From Vibrio vulnificus CMCP6 (lineage in GTDB: Bacteria; Pseudomonadota; Gammaproteobacteria; Enterobacterales; Vibrionaceae), in NCBI RefSeq assembly GCF_000039765.1, contig NC_004459.3:1020001-1052000 (forward strand): a stretch of 32,000 nucleotides of DNA. The letters are read 5' to 3'. The position numbers and the translations under genes were made by a program. The notes under the pieces are model-generated. The model did no database searches. It saw nothing but the letters and a program-made list of their open reading frames with translations, and had not been told where the DNA came from. Shown piece by piece: positions 11,260 to 21,765 of the stretch. Position 1 is the stretch's first letter; the number at the start of each line of letters is the position of its first letter.

Positions 11260-13101
11260 TTAGCCCTCAAGCTTTGACTTGTCTCTTACCGCACCTTTGT
11301 CGGCACTGGTTGCCATGCTGGCGTAGGCTTTCAGTGCAAACGACACTTCGCGTTGGCGAGAGACGGGTTTCCAGCCAAGCGCGTCTTGTTCTGCTCGGCG
11401 CTCTGCCATTTCTTGATCGGAAACTTGCAGAGAAATCGTGCGATTTGGAATGTCGATGGCAATCAAGTCGCCCTGTTTGACCAAACCGATCGCGCCGCCG
11501 TTGGCCGCTTCTGGTGAGGCGTGGCCGATGGAAAGACCCGATGTGCCGCCAGAGAAACGTCCGTCGGTCAGTAGCGCGCACGCTTTGCCTAGACCCATCG
11601 ATTTCAAATACGTGGTAGGGTAGAGCATCTCTTGCATGCCTGGGCCGCCTTTCGGGCCTTCGTAGCGAATCACCACCACATCGCCCGCTTTGACTTTGCC
11701 ACCCAAGATACCTTCCACCGCGTCTTCTTGGCTTTCAAAAACCACAGCAGGGCCAGTGAATTTTAGAATGCTTTCATCCACACCCGCCGTCTTAACGATA
11801 CAGCCATCCAGCGCAATATTGCCTTTGAGGACAGCAAGGCCACCATCTTGGCTAAAGGCGTTTTCTTTGGTGCGAATACAGCCTTGGGCGCGATCGTCAT
11901 CCAAGGTATCCCAGCGGCAATCTTGCGAGAATGCTTGGGTGGTACGAATACCCGCAGGGCCTGCACGGTAGAAGCGTTTCACCTCTTCCGAATCGGTCAG
12001 CATGATGTCGTATTGGGCAAGCTGTTCTTCCCAAGTGAGGCCAAGCACCGTTTTCGATTGATTGTGCAGCAGGCCCGCTCGGTTAAGTTCGCCCAAAATA
12101 CCGACCACACCACCTGCGCGGTGCACATCTTCCATGTGGTATTTCTGGGTTGATGGCGCCACTTTACATAGGTGAGGCACCATGCGTGACATGCGATCGA
12201 TGTCTGTCATGTCAAAATCCACTTCACCTTCTTGCGCTGCGGCTAAGAGGTGTAAAACGGTGTTGGTTGAGCCGCCCATGGCGATGTCTAGCGCCATGGC
12301 GTTTTCAAACGCGGCTTTGGTCGCAATGTTGCGCGGCAGTGCGCTTTCATCATCTTGCTCGTAGTAACGCTTGGTCAGTTCGACAATGCGTTGGCCTGCA
12401 CTGATAAACAGTTGTTTACGATCGGCATGCGTTGCGAGCAAAGAGCCGTTACCTGGCTGAGAAAGGCCAAGCGCTTCGGTGAGGCAGTTCATCGAGTTGG
12501 CGGTGAACATACCTGAGCAGGATCCACAGGTAGGGCAAGCACTGCGCTCGATCTGTTCGCTCTGCTCATCCGAGACTTTAGGATCCGCGCCTTGGATCAT
12601 GGCATCGACCAGATCCAGCTTGATGATCTGATCCGAAAGCTTAGTTTTGCCCGCTTCCATTGGTCCACCCGAGACAAAGATCACCGGGATATTAAGGCGC
12701 ATTGACGCCATCAGCATTCCCGGGGTGATTTTGTCACAGTTGGAGATACACACCATGGCATCGGCACAGTGCGCGTTGACCATGTACTCCACCGAGTCGG
12801 CAATCAATTCACGAGAAGGCAGTGAATAAAGCATGCCTCCGTGGCCCATGGCGATACCATCATCCACCGCGATGGTGTTGAATTCTTTGGCAATGCCGCC
12901 TGCTGCTTCAATTTCTCTTGCCACCAATTGACCAAGGTCTTTCAGGTGCACGTGGCCCGGTACGAACTGGGTAAAGGAGTTGACCACGGCAATAATCGGT
13001 TTGCCGAAGTCTTCATCTTTTACGCCCGTAGCACGCCATAGTGCACGTGCACCGGCCATGTTGCGACCATGAGTGGTGGTGGCTGATCTGTATTTAGGCA
13101 T
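11260..13101 (-). CDS. ilvD: Dihydroxy-acid dehydratase
   Basis: [53 protein letters not shown]; CDKITPGM and [20 protein letters not shown] motifs. Confidence 0.97.
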   Translation of the reverse strand: MPKYRSATTTHGRNMAGARALWRATGVKDEDFGKPIIAVVNSFTQFVPGHVHLKDLGQLVAREIEAAGGIAKEFNTIAVDDGIAMGHGGMLYSLPSRELIADSVEYMVNAHCADAMVCISNCDKITPGMLMASMRLNIPVIFVSGGPMEAGKTKLSDQIIKLDLVDAMIQGADPKVSDEQSEQIERSACPTCGSCSGMFTANSMNCLTEALGLSQPGNGSLLATHADRKQLFISAGQRIVELTKRYYEQDDESALPRNIATKAAFENAMALDIAMGGSTNTVLHLLAAAQEGEVDFDMTDIDRMSRMVPHLCKVAPSTQKYHMEDVHRAGGVVGILGELNRAGLLHNQSKTVLGLTWEEQLAQYDIMLTDSEEVKRFYRAGPAGIRTTQAFSQDCRWDTLDDDRAQGCIRTKENAFSQDGGLAVLKGNIALDGCIVKTAGVDESILKFTGPAVVFESQEDAVEGILGGKVKAGDVVVIRYEGPKGGPGMQEMLYPTTYLKSMGLGKACALLTDGRFSGGTSGLSIGHASPEAANGGAIGLVKQGDLIAIDIPNRTISLQVSDQEMAERRAEQDALGWKPVSRQREVSFALKAYASMATSADKGAVRDKSKLEG

Positions 13102-13113
13102 TCTGTTGTCTCC

Positions 13114-14052
13114 CTACTTCTTCTCTGGGTACACGTAATCTAACCAGCCCCACTTATCTTCGGTGGTGCCATTGAATAAGCCAAAGTAGGCTTCTTGAAC
13201 CGCTTTGGTGATTGGGCCGCGTTTGCCTGCGCCCACTTGAATTTGATCGACACTACGCACCGGAACCACTTCTGCGGCAGTGCCCGTCATAAACACTTCG
13301 TCTGCCAAGTAGAGAGCTTCACGTGCGATGTTGGCTTCACGGACTTCATAACCCATCTCACGCGCGAGTGTCATGATTGAGTCACGAGTGATGCCTGGGA
13401 GAATCGCAGCCGTCGCTGGTGGTGTGGTGATGACGCCATTTTTGATCACGAAAATGTTTTCACCGGCACCTTCTGAAAGGTAACCATCAACACTTAATGC
13501 AATCCCTTCGGCATAGCCATGTCGACGTGCTTCACCACCAACCAGTAGAGAAGAGAGGTAGTTACCGCCTGCTTTCGCTGCGGTTGGAATCGTGTTTGGC
13601 GCAGCGCGGTTCCAGCTGGATACCATGGCATCAACGCCATTTTCCAACGCTTCTTCCCCTAAGTAAGAGCCCCAAGGGAAGGCGGCAATGATCAGATCCA
13701 TTTCGGTATCTGTGGGAGGACAAACGCCCAAGCCTACGTTGCCAACAAACGCCAGTGGGCGAATGTAGGCGTTATCCAGCTTGTTTTGACGCAGAGTTTC
13801 GCGAGTCGCTTCCATGATCTCTTCCACCGAAAAGGGGATTGGGAAGCGGTAAATTTTGGCAGAATCTTTCAGACGCTGCGCGTGTTCTTGGTGACGGAAG
13901 ACAATCGGCCCTTTTGGCGTGTTGTAACAGCGAACCCCTTCAAATACCGAGGTGCCGTAGTGCATGGCGTGAGTCAGAACGTGTACATTCGCTTCTGCCC
14001 AGGGAACCATCTTGCCATTAAACCAGATATAATCTGCTGTTTTCGTTGCCAT
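13114..14052 (-). CDS. ilvE: Branched-chain amino acid aminotransferase
   Basis: ADYIWFNGKMVPWAEANVHVLTHAMHYGTSVFEGVRCY; operon position. Confidence 0.96.
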   Translation of the reverse strand: MATKTADYIWFNGKMVPWAEANVHVLTHAMHYGTSVFEGVRCYNTPKGPIVFRHQEHAQRLKDSAKIYRFPIPFSVEEIMEATRETLRQNKLDNAYIRPLAFVGNVGLGVCPPTDTEMDLIIAAFPWGSYLGEEALENGVDAMVSSWNRAAPNTIPTAAKAGGNYLSSLLVGGEARRHGYAEGIALSVDGYLSEGAGENIFVIKNGVITTPPATAAILPGITRDSIMTLAREMGYEVREANIAREALYLADEVFMTGTAAEVVPVRSVDQIQVGAGKRGPITKAVQEAYFGLFNGTTEDKWGWLDYVYPEKK

Positions 14053-14063
14053 TATTGCCTTCC

Positions 14064-14348
14064 TTATGCACTTACGTGTTGTTGTAGATTGTTGTTAGGG
14101 AGTTCGTCGTTACGAATCTTCATCACCTCAACACTACGAATATCCCACAATTTTTCAATTTGATTGGTGAGAAATGAGATAGGGCGATCGCTGTCTACGA
14201 TGATTTCGACACTGGCGACCTTACTCTCATGGTTTTGCGTCGCAGCAACTTGTTTGATGACAAAGCCGCGGTGGCGAATGACACGGAGAACACGCTCTAA
14301 CAGCACGGGTTTGTCATCGGCTTTGATGTCTAATAAATAACGTTCCAT
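14064..14348 (-). CDS. ilvM: Acetolactate synthase II small subunit
   Basis: Short ACT-type protein (LLERVLRVIRHRGFVIKQV) between ilvG and ilvE. Confidence 0.9.
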   Translation of the reverse strand: MERYLLDIKADDKPVLLERVLRVIRHRGFVIKQVAATQNHESKVASVEIIVDSDRPISFLTNQIEKLWDIRSVEVMKIRNDELPNNNLQQHVSA

Positions 14349-14359
14349 CAGTGGCTCTC

Positions 14360-16006
14360 CTAGGTGTTTTCCAACATATCACTGTTTGACGCACCTGGCG
14401 GTACCAGTGGCCACACATTTTCTTCTTCATCAATCAACACATGTAGCAAGTAAGACGTTTTGCTTGCGAGCATCTCTTTGAGTGCCGGTTCCACTTCTTC
14501 TTTCTTGGTAATGGTTTTGCCCGGAATATCGAAGGCTTTCGCCAACATGACGAAATCAGGGTTGTCATCAAGGATGGTTTCACTGTGACGACCATCGAAG
14601 AACAGCGATTGCCACTGACGCACCATGCCAAGACGTTGGTTGTTCAACAACACGATTTTGACTGGGATTTGGCGGCGCTTCAGCGTGCCTAACTCTTGGA
14701 TGTTCATCATGATTGAGCCATCACCAGAGATCAGCACTGATTGTGCGTCCGGCCTTGCTACCGCTGCGCCCATCGCCGCTGGCAAGCCAAAACCCATGGT
14801 GCCAAGGCCCGCTGAGGTAATGAAATTTTGTGGCTCGCGTGGCTGAATGTGCTGCGCTGCCCACATCTGGTGTTGGCCTACGTCGGTGGAGACGATGGTG
14901 TTGTCTGGCATCAGATCGGAAAGTTGCTTGAGCAGCCCCGGCGCATAGATGAGCTCTCCTGGGTGGTCGTAACGCCACTTAAAGCCGCTGCGTAAGCTTT
15001 CACAGTGATGAACCCAAGGAGAAATATCACGTGTCAGTTCTAACTGAGGCAGGATGACATTGATATCGCCACGTAAAGGCGCATTCGCGTGACGCAGTTT
15101 ATTGATTTCTGCCGCGTCGATATCAATGTGGATCACTTTGGCGTGAGGGGCGAAGGTTTCTAATTTGCCCGTCACACGGTCATCAAAACGTGCTCCCACC
15201 ACCAGCAAAAGATCCGCTTCTTGCACCACGAGGTTGGCCGCTTTGGTGCCATGCATGCCGAGCATGCCCAAATAGTGAGGATCGTGACGCTCGATGGTAC
15301 CTAACCCTTTTAAGGTGCTGACGGCAGGCATTGGGTTGAGGCGTAAAAATTCGCGTACCGTGTGGGTCGCTTTAGCCAGTTGCACACCACCACCGACGTA
15401 TAACACCGGGCGGGTGGATTGATCGAGAAGCGTTTGGGCTCGAGCCACATCAACTTGGCTGACTTGGGGTAATGCTGGAGGCGTAAAAGGAGGAAGCAAT
15501 TCAACAGGCGCTTTTGCAAGCTGGACGTCTTTGGCGATATCGACAATCACTGGGCCCGGTCGTCCGGTTTTGGCCACTTCAAAGGCTTCTGCCAAGGTTG
15601 GGGCCAGCTCGTTGATGTCGGTCACTAAGTAACTGTGTTTAGTACACGATAGCGACATACCAATCACATCCATTTCTTGGAATGCATCGGTGCCGATATG
15701 AGAACTGGCAACCTGACCGGTGATGGCAACTAACGGCACTGAATCAAGAAAGGCATCGGCTAAACCGGTGACAAGGTTGGTGGCTCCGGGACCCGATGTG
15801 GCCATACACACCGCAACATCCTGCGTGGCTCGCGCCATCCCAATCGCTGCCATCGCAGCCCCTTGTTCATGACGACACAAAATGTGTTCAACACCACCGT
15901 CATACAAGGCATCGTAGATTGGCATGATGGCACCACCAGGGTAACCAAACACGGTTTTGATGCCTTGCTGTTTTAATGCGGCAACGACTAACTCTGCTCC
16001 TGTCAT
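14360..16006 (-). CDS. ilvG: Acetolactate synthase II large subunit, intact 548 aa
   Basis: [34 protein letters not shown]; [17 protein letters not shown] motif; AGGAGG ribosome-binding site upstream. Confidence 0.96.
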   Translation of the reverse strand: MTGAELVVAALKQQGIKTVFGYPGGAIMPIYDALYDGGVEHILCRHEQGAAMAAIGMARATQDVAVCMATSGPGATNLVTGLADAFLDSVPLVAITGQVASSHIGTDAFQEMDVIGMSLSCTKHSYLVTDINELAPTLAEAFEVAKTGRPGPVIVDIAKDVQLAKAPVELLPPFTPPALPQVSQVDVARAQTLLDQSTRPVLYVGGGVQLAKATHTVREFLRLNPMPAVSTLKGLGTIERHDPHYLGMLGMHGTKAANLVVQEADLLLVVGARFDDRVTGKLETFAPHAKVIHIDIDAAEINKLRHANAPLRGDINVILPQLELTRDISPWVHHCESLRSGFKWRYDHPGELIYAPGLLKQLSDLMPDNTIVSTDVGQHQMWAAQHIQPREPQNFITSAGLGTMGFGLPAAMGAAVARPDAQSVLISGDGSIMMNIQELGTLKRRQIPVKIVLLNNQRLGMVRQWQSLFFDGRHSETILDDNPDFVMLAKAFDIPGKTITKKEEVEPALKEMLASKTSYLLHVLIDEEENVWPLVPPGASNSDMLENT

Positions 16007-16145
16007 CGTTGGCCTCCTTGGCTACTTTTTTGGTTGTAGCCGTTTCCATACATCTTGCACATAGCGTGCGCTCCCATACTTCCCGTCATTTCTGAACTGT
16101 CTAAAAGTGATTCAATCAGTTTAGAACTTCGCCAACCCATGGCTG

Positions 16146-16180
16146 AAAAAAAACCCCCGAACTTTTCAGTGCGGGGGTTT
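16146..16180 (-). terminator. ilvGMEDA transcription attenuator
   Basis: Minus strand reads AAACCCCCG-CACTGAAAAGTT-CGGGGGTTTTTTTT: 9-bp stem plus U-run, located between the leader ORF and ilvG. Confidence 0.92.
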
Positions 16181-16193
16181 GTCAATCTAGTGG

Positions 16194-16283
16194 TTATTTT
16201 GCGCCCACTCTCCCCCGCGCGGTGCTAATGAGGACCACGATAATCAGGTTAATCAGAGAGTTAATTTGAGCGGCAAAGTTCAT
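16194..16283 (-). CDS. ilvL: ilvGMEDA operon leader peptide (MNFAAQINSLINLIIVVLISTARGRVGAK)
   Basis: Manual translation of minus strand: 29 codons rich in Ile/Leu/Val immediately upstream of the attenuator. Too short for the ORF track. Confidence 0.88.
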   Translation of the reverse strand: MNFAAQINSLINLIIVVLISTARGRVGAK

Positions 16284-16475
16284 CTGTCTGTCGTTAAAAT
16301 GTTGTGTAATGTTCTACGAAATTGTTTGCGTCACTAGTGGTAACACACAAAACTGTTTCGTGACAAGCAAAAAGTCATTCTTTTTTCACATTTAAGCCTC
16401 ATCGCTTCACGCTATATAACAGTTCTGTATAAAAAAACTTGTATTTATAGAACAACTAAAATTGAAGAGGCAGTG

Positions 16476-17999
16476 ATGGGGTTGGCGATTATTCATAGCC
16501 GCGCCAGTGTGGGCGTCGAAGCGCCTTCAGTGAGCGTGGAAGTGCACATCAGTAACGGTTTACCGGGATTTACCTTAGTGGGGTTGCCGGAAACCACCGT
16601 GAAGGAGTCAAAAGATCGCGTACGCAGTGCGATCGTCAACAGCAACTTTCAATTTCCTGCCAAGCGGATCACCGTCAACTTGGCACCTGCCGATCTGCCC
16701 AAAGAAGGGGGACGTTTTGACTTGCCGATCGCACTTGGCATTTTGGCCGCTTCTGAGCAGATCTCCGTTCAGTTTCTTCAGCAACATGAATTTGTCGGTG
16801 AATTAGCCTTAAGTGGTGAGCTGCGAGCGGTGAAAGGGGTGCTGCCAGCCGCTCTTGCCGCCAAAGGGGTCTCCCGCAGTTTGGTGGTACCTCATGCGAA
16901 TGGGGATCAAGCCGCCTTGGTGGGTAAGAACATGCATAAGTCGGCGTGCTCGCTGATTGAAGTTTGTGCCCATTTATGTGGCCAGCAAGCCCTGTCATTA
17001 CATCAAACCAAGCAAGCATTGCAGCCCTCATCACACAGCCGAGATTTACAAGACATCATTGGTCAGCAACAAGGAAAGCGCGCGTTGGAGATTGCCGCTG
17101 CGGGCAATCACAATTTATTGTTTTTAGGGCCTCCAGGGACGGGCAAAACCATGCTGGCGTCACGTTTGCGAGATTTGTTGCCTGAAATGAGTGAGGAAGA
17201 AGCGATGGAAACGGCAGCGGTGGCTTCTTTAACACAAAGCGATATCAATGAGCATAATTGGAAGCAACGGCCGTTTCGCGCACCGCATCACTCGAGTTCT
17301 ATGGCGGCGTTGGTGGGCGGTGGAACCATTCCGCGTCCTGGAGAAATCTCACTCGCCCACAACGGCTTACTATTTTTGGATGAGATGCCGGAATTTGAGC
17401 GCAAAGTGCTCGATTCAATGCGCGAGCCGCTAGAGTCGGGGGAAATCATCATTTCACGAGCGCAAGGTAAAACTCGTTTTCCTGCTCGATTTCAGTTGGT
17501 CGGAGCGCTGAATCCGAGCCCCACGGGCTATTACGAAGGGAACCAAGCTCGCGCCAATCCTCAGGCGATTTTGCGTTATTTAGGCCGTTTATCGGGTCCA
17601 CTTTTGGATCGTTTTGATATGTCACTCGAGATCCCCGCATTACCCAAAGGCACATTGGCGGAAGGGGGAGACCGAGGTGAACCAACGGCGGTGGTGAAGG
17701 CGCGAGTGGCGCAGGCGAGAGAGCGAATGCAGCATCGTAATGGCAAGGTGAATGCCCTATTGGGCAGCCGAGAAATCGAAGCGTTTTGTCCACTAAGTAA
17801 GCAGGATGCCGAGTTTCTTGAAACTGCGTTGCACCGTTTGGGGTTATCGATTCGTGCGTATCACCGCATTATCAAAGTGGCGCGAACCATTGCCGATTTA
17901 GAAGGCGCACCTCAGATCATGCGTGCGCACTTAGCCGAAGCACTCGGTTATCGGGCGATGGATCGCTTGCTCAAACAGCTCACTCTGCAAGCGGTTTAA
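16476..17999 (+). CDS. comM: ComM/YifB-family Mg-chelatase-like AAA+ ATPase (natural-transformation associated in Vibrio)
   Basis: EVHISNGLPGFTLVGLPETTVKESKDRVRSAI; GPPGTGKTMLASRL Walker A; APHHSSSMAALVGGG; SGPLLDRFDM. ORF track uses a GTG at 16473; ATG at 16476 preferred. Confidence 0.95.
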   Translation: MGLAIIHSRASVGVEAPSVSVEVHISNGLPGFTLVGLPETTVKESKDRVRSAIVNSNFQFPAKRITVNLAPADLPKEGGRFDLPIALGILAASEQISVQFLQQHEFVGELALSGELRAVKGVLPAALAAKGVSRSLVVPHANGDQAALVGKNMHKSACSLIEVCAHLCGQQALSLHQTKQALQPSSHSRDLQDIIGQQQGKRALEIAAAGNHNLLFLGPPGTGKTMLASRLRDLLPEMSEEEAMETAAVASLTQSDINEHNWKQRPFRAPHHSSSMAALVGGGTIPRPGEISLAHNGLLFLDEMPEFERKVLDSMREPLESGEIIISRAQGKTRFPARFQLVGALNPSPTGYYEGNQARANPQAILRYLGRLSGPLLDRFDMSLEIPALPKGTLAEGGDRGEPTAVVKARVAQARERMQHRNGKVNALLGSREIEAFCPLSKQDAEFLETALHRLGLSIRAYHRIIKVARTIADLEGAPQIMRAHLAEALGYRAMDRLLKQLTLQAV

Positions 18000-18025
18000 T
18001 CGTGGTAAACCTTAGATTAAACCGC
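17991..18025. repeat. Perfect 11-bp inverted repeat (hairpin) spanning the comM stop codon
   Basis: GCGGTTTAATC - 13 nt - GATTAAACCGC read directly; no T-run on either strand. Confidence 0.7.
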
Positions 18026-18037
18026 CTTGGCGATGAG

Positions 18038-18994
18038 TTAAAACTTGTAGTTTACGCCAACAGAAAGTAAGTAATCACTCTGCTCGTAAAACTCGATATT
18101 GGAGTCGGTTTGGTTGTACCCAGCCAGAGCAACGAAAGACCAATCGGGGGAAGAGAAAAGTTGGGCATACTCATAAGCAAGAAATAGGCTGAGCTGCTGG
18201 TCTTCACGCGTTTTGCCAAACAGTTGACTGGCGGCTTGATAATCTTGCACTTTATAACCCGCGGTCAGAACTAAGCGGTGCTTAGCAAACAGATTAAACC
18301 AACTCACTTCAGCCCCGAGTGAATCATAAGAGGCCGCTTTGCCATCTGCTTGATGCTTTAAGTAAACCACAGCTGGCTGAACAAAGCTGGTGGGTTTGAG
18401 TCGGTAGCGGTAATCCAGTTTGGCGTAATAACTCTCTCCATCACGTTTGAGGCTTGGATCGGTGATGGTGTCTTTATCCAGTTCTTTGGTGCCATATGCG
18501 GTGTCGAGGTTAACATTGCCACCCCAGAGGTTGTGAAACTGCAGTCGGTACGCAATACCACTTTCATCGGTGACCGTGCGTTTTTGGTTGAGCAGATAAG
18601 GATCTTGCCAAGTTTCTCCAGACATCACGGTTGGCAACAATGAAAAATCAATCACCACGCCAGAGCTCAATTGGTATTGATAACCTAACTCAAAGGCCAG
18701 GGTACCAACAGCGATGTCCTCTCTTGCGGTACCGAGGTAAAACTGCTGTTCGAGCTGCTGACCAAAGGTGTAAGCGATGTTCCCCAATGGTGCAAACAGA
18801 GCGGCACCTTCGCGGCTGGCGCTGCTTGAGTAGTTGCTGATGGTTGCATCCGTTTCCGTATTAAAGTGTGACTGAGAGGCGCCATAGCCAGTCAGTAGTG
18901 AGATTTCCCCACTAAACCCTGCGGTGTCACTCAGTCCTGCTTGCGCCATATGACTGAATATCAGTGCGGTGGTGATTAAGATTCGGTTTTCCAT
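18038..18994 (-). CDS. DUF2860-type outer-membrane beta-barrel protein
   Basis: Signal peptide MENRILITTALIFSHMAQA, then alternating aromatic beta-strand repeats and C-terminal ...LLSVGVNYKF. Start at 18994 has AAGGA upstream and is preferred to 19012. Confidence 0.7.
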   Translation of the reverse strand: MENRILITTALIFSHMAQAGLSDTAGFSGEISLLTGYGASQSHFNTETDATISNYSSSASREGAALFAPLGNIAYTFGQQLEQQFYLGTAREDIAVGTLAFELGYQYQLSSGVVIDFSLLPTVMSGETWQDPYLLNQKRTVTDESGIAYRLQFHNLWGGNVNLDTAYGTKELDKDTITDPSLKRDGESYYAKLDYRYRLKPTSFVQPAVVYLKHQADGKAASYDSLGAEVSWFNLFAKHRLVLTAGYKVQDYQAASQLFGKTREDQQLSLFLAYEYAQLFSSPDWSFVALAGYNQTDSNIEFYEQSDYLLSVGVNYKF

Positions 18995-19154
18995 TGCAGA
19001 TCCTTGAGCCATTCATCCTGACGAGGGTGGTTTGCCACAGTTTCGGTCACAAACTAATCTGACCATTTTGACAAAGATTCCAAACTGGGCCGGGAGCAGT
19101 ATAATTACACGCTGTTTTTTTCTTCATCGAATATAAGAGTTTTCGAACATCACT

Positions 19155-20036
19155 ATGTTGGCATATCTGTTACTTTTTATTAACGTTTTTTTGGTCATTC
19201 TTAATTCTGCAATGTGCTCGATGACGATCTGTTTGATTGCGATCGTCAAACTGGTCTTGCCGACTCAAGGGCTGAAAGCGAAAGCAACCGATGCGGCCAA
19301 CAAAATGATGTGGTTGTGGGCGACGATAAACGCGGTGATTCTCGCTCTGTTTAACCGCATAGAATGGGATGTCGAAGGCGGCGAAGGGCTGAAAAAAGAG
19401 GGATGGTATCTGATGATCAGTAATCATCTTAGCTGGACTGATATTGTGGTGTTGTGCTGCGTGTTTAAGGATCGTATTCCCATGCCCAAGTTCTTCCTCA
19501 AGCAACAACTGCTGTACGTGCCCTTTATTGGTATGGCTTGTTGGGCATTGGACATGCCGTTTATGCGCCGTTATTCCCGGGAATACTTGATCCGTCACCC
19601 AGAAAAGCGCGGACAGGATTTAGCAACGACACGTCGTTCTTGTGAGAAGTTTCGCCATACGCCCACCACCGTAGTCAACTATGTGGAAGGCACTCGCTTT
19701 ACGACTGAAAAGCGTAAAAAAAGTAACGCGGGGTATGATTATTTGCTGCAGCCGAAATCCGGCGGTATCGCTTATACACTCGCGGCGATGGGTGAGCAGT
19801 TTGATCACATTATCGATGTGACGTTAGCCTACCCGAAAAATACCGATAAACCTTTCCAAGATATGTTAATGGGTCGGATGCGCAAAGTGGTTGTAAAGAT
19901 TCGTTTGTTGCCAGTGGATGATCAGGTGAAAGGGGATTACTTCAACGATAAGCCGTATAAACGCCAATTTCAGCTCTGGTTAGGGGATGTTTGGCAAGAA
20001 AAAGATCAGTTGTTGAAAGAGATCCACAAAGGATAA
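19155..20036 (+). CDS. yihG: 1-acylglycerol-3-phosphate acyltransferase family, YihG-like
   Basis: NHLSWTD (NHx4D) and EGTR acyltransferase motifs; near dsbA/srkA as in E. coli. Confidence 0.85.
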   Translation: MLAYLLLFINVFLVILNSAMCSMTICLIAIVKLVLPTQGLKAKATDAANKMMWLWATINAVILALFNRIEWDVEGGEGLKKEGWYLMISNHLSWTDIVVLCCVFKDRIPMPKFFLKQQLLYVPFIGMACWALDMPFMRRYSREYLIRHPEKRGQDLATTRRSCEKFRHTPTTVVNYVEGTRFTTEKRKKSNAGYDYLLQPKSGGIAYTLAAMGEQFDHIIDVTLAYPKNTDKPFQDMLMGRMRKVVVKIRLLPVDDQVKGDYFNDKPYKRQFQLWLGDVWQEKDQLLKEIHKG

Positions 20037-20040
20037 ACAT

Positions 20041-20067
20041 CAGGGAGCACAGCGGCTCCCTGTTTTG
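20041..20067. terminator. Terminator between convergent yihG-like gene and dsbA
   Basis: CAGGGAGC-ACAGCG-GCTCCCTG-TTTTGTT. Confidence 0.75.
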
Positions 20068-20089
20068 TTGGTGAGTTTTTGTTGGGTGT

Positions 20090-20695
20090 TTACTGTTTTT
20101 TCAGCAGGAAGTTCACCAGTTCGAAATACTCATCCATGGTTTTGATGCCTTGAGCCTGCACCAGGTATTTGTTGTTTACAATCACCGCAGGTACACCAGA
20201 AAGGCCACTGTCTTTAAACTGCTTGTCAAAACGGCGCACCATCGAATCCACCGCGAAACCGTTAAAGGCTGCATCGAATTTATTCGCATCAACGCCTTCA
20301 TCAAGGAAGATCTGGCGCAGTTCCGCGTCATCTTTTGGCGCTTTACGCATGTTGTGGATGCGGTTGAACATCACTGGCACCATTTTGTCTTCGACTTTAA
20401 GTGCGATCATGGTGGCGTACGCTTTGCTCATTGACGGCCCCATCGCACCACCCATAAAGGAAACGTGGTTTTTTTGCAGTTTTACCCCTTCCGGCAACTG
20501 TGCTTTGAGTTGCTGGATGATAGGTTCGAACGTATTACAGTGCGGGCAGTAGAAAGAGAAAAACTCACTTACCATGGGCTTTTTAGAAACTTGCGTATCC
20601 AGCACCTTGTAGTGTTCACCTTCTTTAAATTGGGTTGCTGCGTTGGCTGTCAGGCTGAGTAACAGCATCGAAAAAAACGCGAACAGTTTCTTCAT
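20090..20695 (-). CDS. dsbA: Periplasmic thiol:disulfide interchange protein DsbA
   Basis: Signal peptide, [14 protein letters not shown] active site, [11 protein letters not shown] cis-Pro loop. Confidence 0.97.
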   Translation of the reverse strand: MKKLFAFFSMLLLSLTANAATQFKEGEHYKVLDTQVSKKPMVSEFFSFYCPHCNTFEPIIQQLKAQLPEGVKLQKNHVSFMGGAMGPSMSKAYATMIALKVEDKMVPVMFNRIHNMRKAPKDDAELRQIFLDEGVDANKFDAAFNGFAVDSMVRRFDKQFKDSGLSGVPAVIVNNKYLVQAQGIKTMDEYFELVNFLLKKQ

Positions 20696-20727
20696 CTATT
20701 TATTTCTCCGTTATGTTATTGAGGCAG

Positions 20728-21714
20728 TTACCATTGTGGCATCAATGAAAGAGGGGGTTCTTCCAATGCGGCGATTTGTTCTTTAAACGCCAATACCTGA
20801 CCTTCCCAGTATTTTGGCTCATTAAACCAAGGAAAAGCGAGTGGGAACGCAGGGTCTTGCCATCGTTTTGCTAACCATGCCATATAATGCACCATTCGTA
20901 GACCACGCAAAGGCTCGATCAGTTTCAACTCTTGGTGCGAAAAATCACTAAATTCGCCATACGACTCCAGCAAAATATCGAGTTGCATGAGCTTTTCTTG
21001 GCGATCACCATTGAGCAACATCCAGAGATCTTGAACCGCAGGGCCATTGCGGGCGTCATCTAAGTCAACAAACATCGGGCCATCACGCCATAAAATATTG
21101 CCGGGATGACAATCACCGTGCAAGCGGATAGCGTGAGTGTCTTTTGGCCACTGCGCTTCGATGGCGGCGATGAGTCGGTCGAGATCCTGAAAGAAGCTGT
21201 TCTCTAAATGCATCGGGATCATGTTGCATTGTTGCAGGAGTGCACGTGGCTGATAGAGGTACTCATCTAGCCCTATGCTAGGTCGGTGCTGGAATCTCTG
21301 TTTTGCACCCACTTGGTGAATTCGACCGAGGAAGCGGCCAACCCACTCGAGTTGATCGAGATTATCCACTTCAAATTGACGGCCACCGACGCTGTTGAAC
21401 AAGGCAAATTGGTAGCCTTGATAATGATGTAGGGTGGTACCGTTGATGTTGACCGGCGCGGCAACAGGAATGTCATTTTCCACCTGCTCTTGAGTGAACT
21501 GATGTTCTTCAACAATTTGTGCCGGCGTCCAACGCTCTGGGCGATAAAACTTCACCACAAAACGGCGACGCTCTTCATCGGTGAACTGGTATACGCGGTT
21601 TTCGTAGCTGTTGAGAGGCAATAAACCTGATTCAGCGCGAATGCCGATGCTCTCAAGGGCATACCACATAAAATCGGGCGTTAATGCGTCAAAATTGAAT
21701 GCGCCTAGCGACAT
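20728..21714 (-). CDS. srkA: Stress response kinase A (RdoA/YihE)
   Basis: FNALTPDFMWYALESIGIRAESGLLPLNSYENRVYQF; IRLHGDCHPGNILWRDGPMFVDLDDARNGPAVQDLWMLL kinase motifs; upstream of dsbA. Confidence 0.94.
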   Translation of the reverse strand: MSLGAFNFDALTPDFMWYALESIGIRAESGLLPLNSYENRVYQFTDEERRRFVVKFYRPERWTPAQIVEEHQFTQEQVENDIPVAAPVNINGTTLHHYQGYQFALFNSVGGRQFEVDNLDQLEWVGRFLGRIHQVGAKQRFQHRPSIGLDEYLYQPRALLQQCNMIPMHLENSFFQDLDRLIAAIEAQWPKDTHAIRLHGDCHPGNILWRDGPMFVDLDDARNGPAVQDLWMLLNGDRQEKLMQLDILLESYGEFSDFSHQELKLIEPLRGLRMVHYMAWLAKRWQDPAFPLAFPWFNEPKYWEGQVLAFKEQIAALEEPPLSLMPQW

Positions 21715-21765
21715 AGTAAATAAAAAGGCTCATTGCTGAGCCTTTGTCCATGAATTGGGTTGAAG

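Noticed and set aside
13195-15948. Multiple antisense ORFs of 60-125 aa over ilvE and ilvG
   Set aside because: They lie antisense to strongly conserved genes and show no domain resemblance or initiation signals; typical shadow ORFs.
16003-16185. 60-aa minus-strand ORF (MTNPRTEKFGGFF...) just upstream of ilvG
   Set aside because: It overlaps the attenuator terminator and the ilvG ribosome-binding region, ends inside the ilvG start, and has no recognisable family. Chance ORF in the leader.
19100-19105. TATAAT box upstream of the yihG-like gene considered as a mapped promoter
   Set aside because: The -10 hexamer is perfect, but no -35 at proper spacing was found (TTGACA is about 26 nt away), so I did not list it as a feature.
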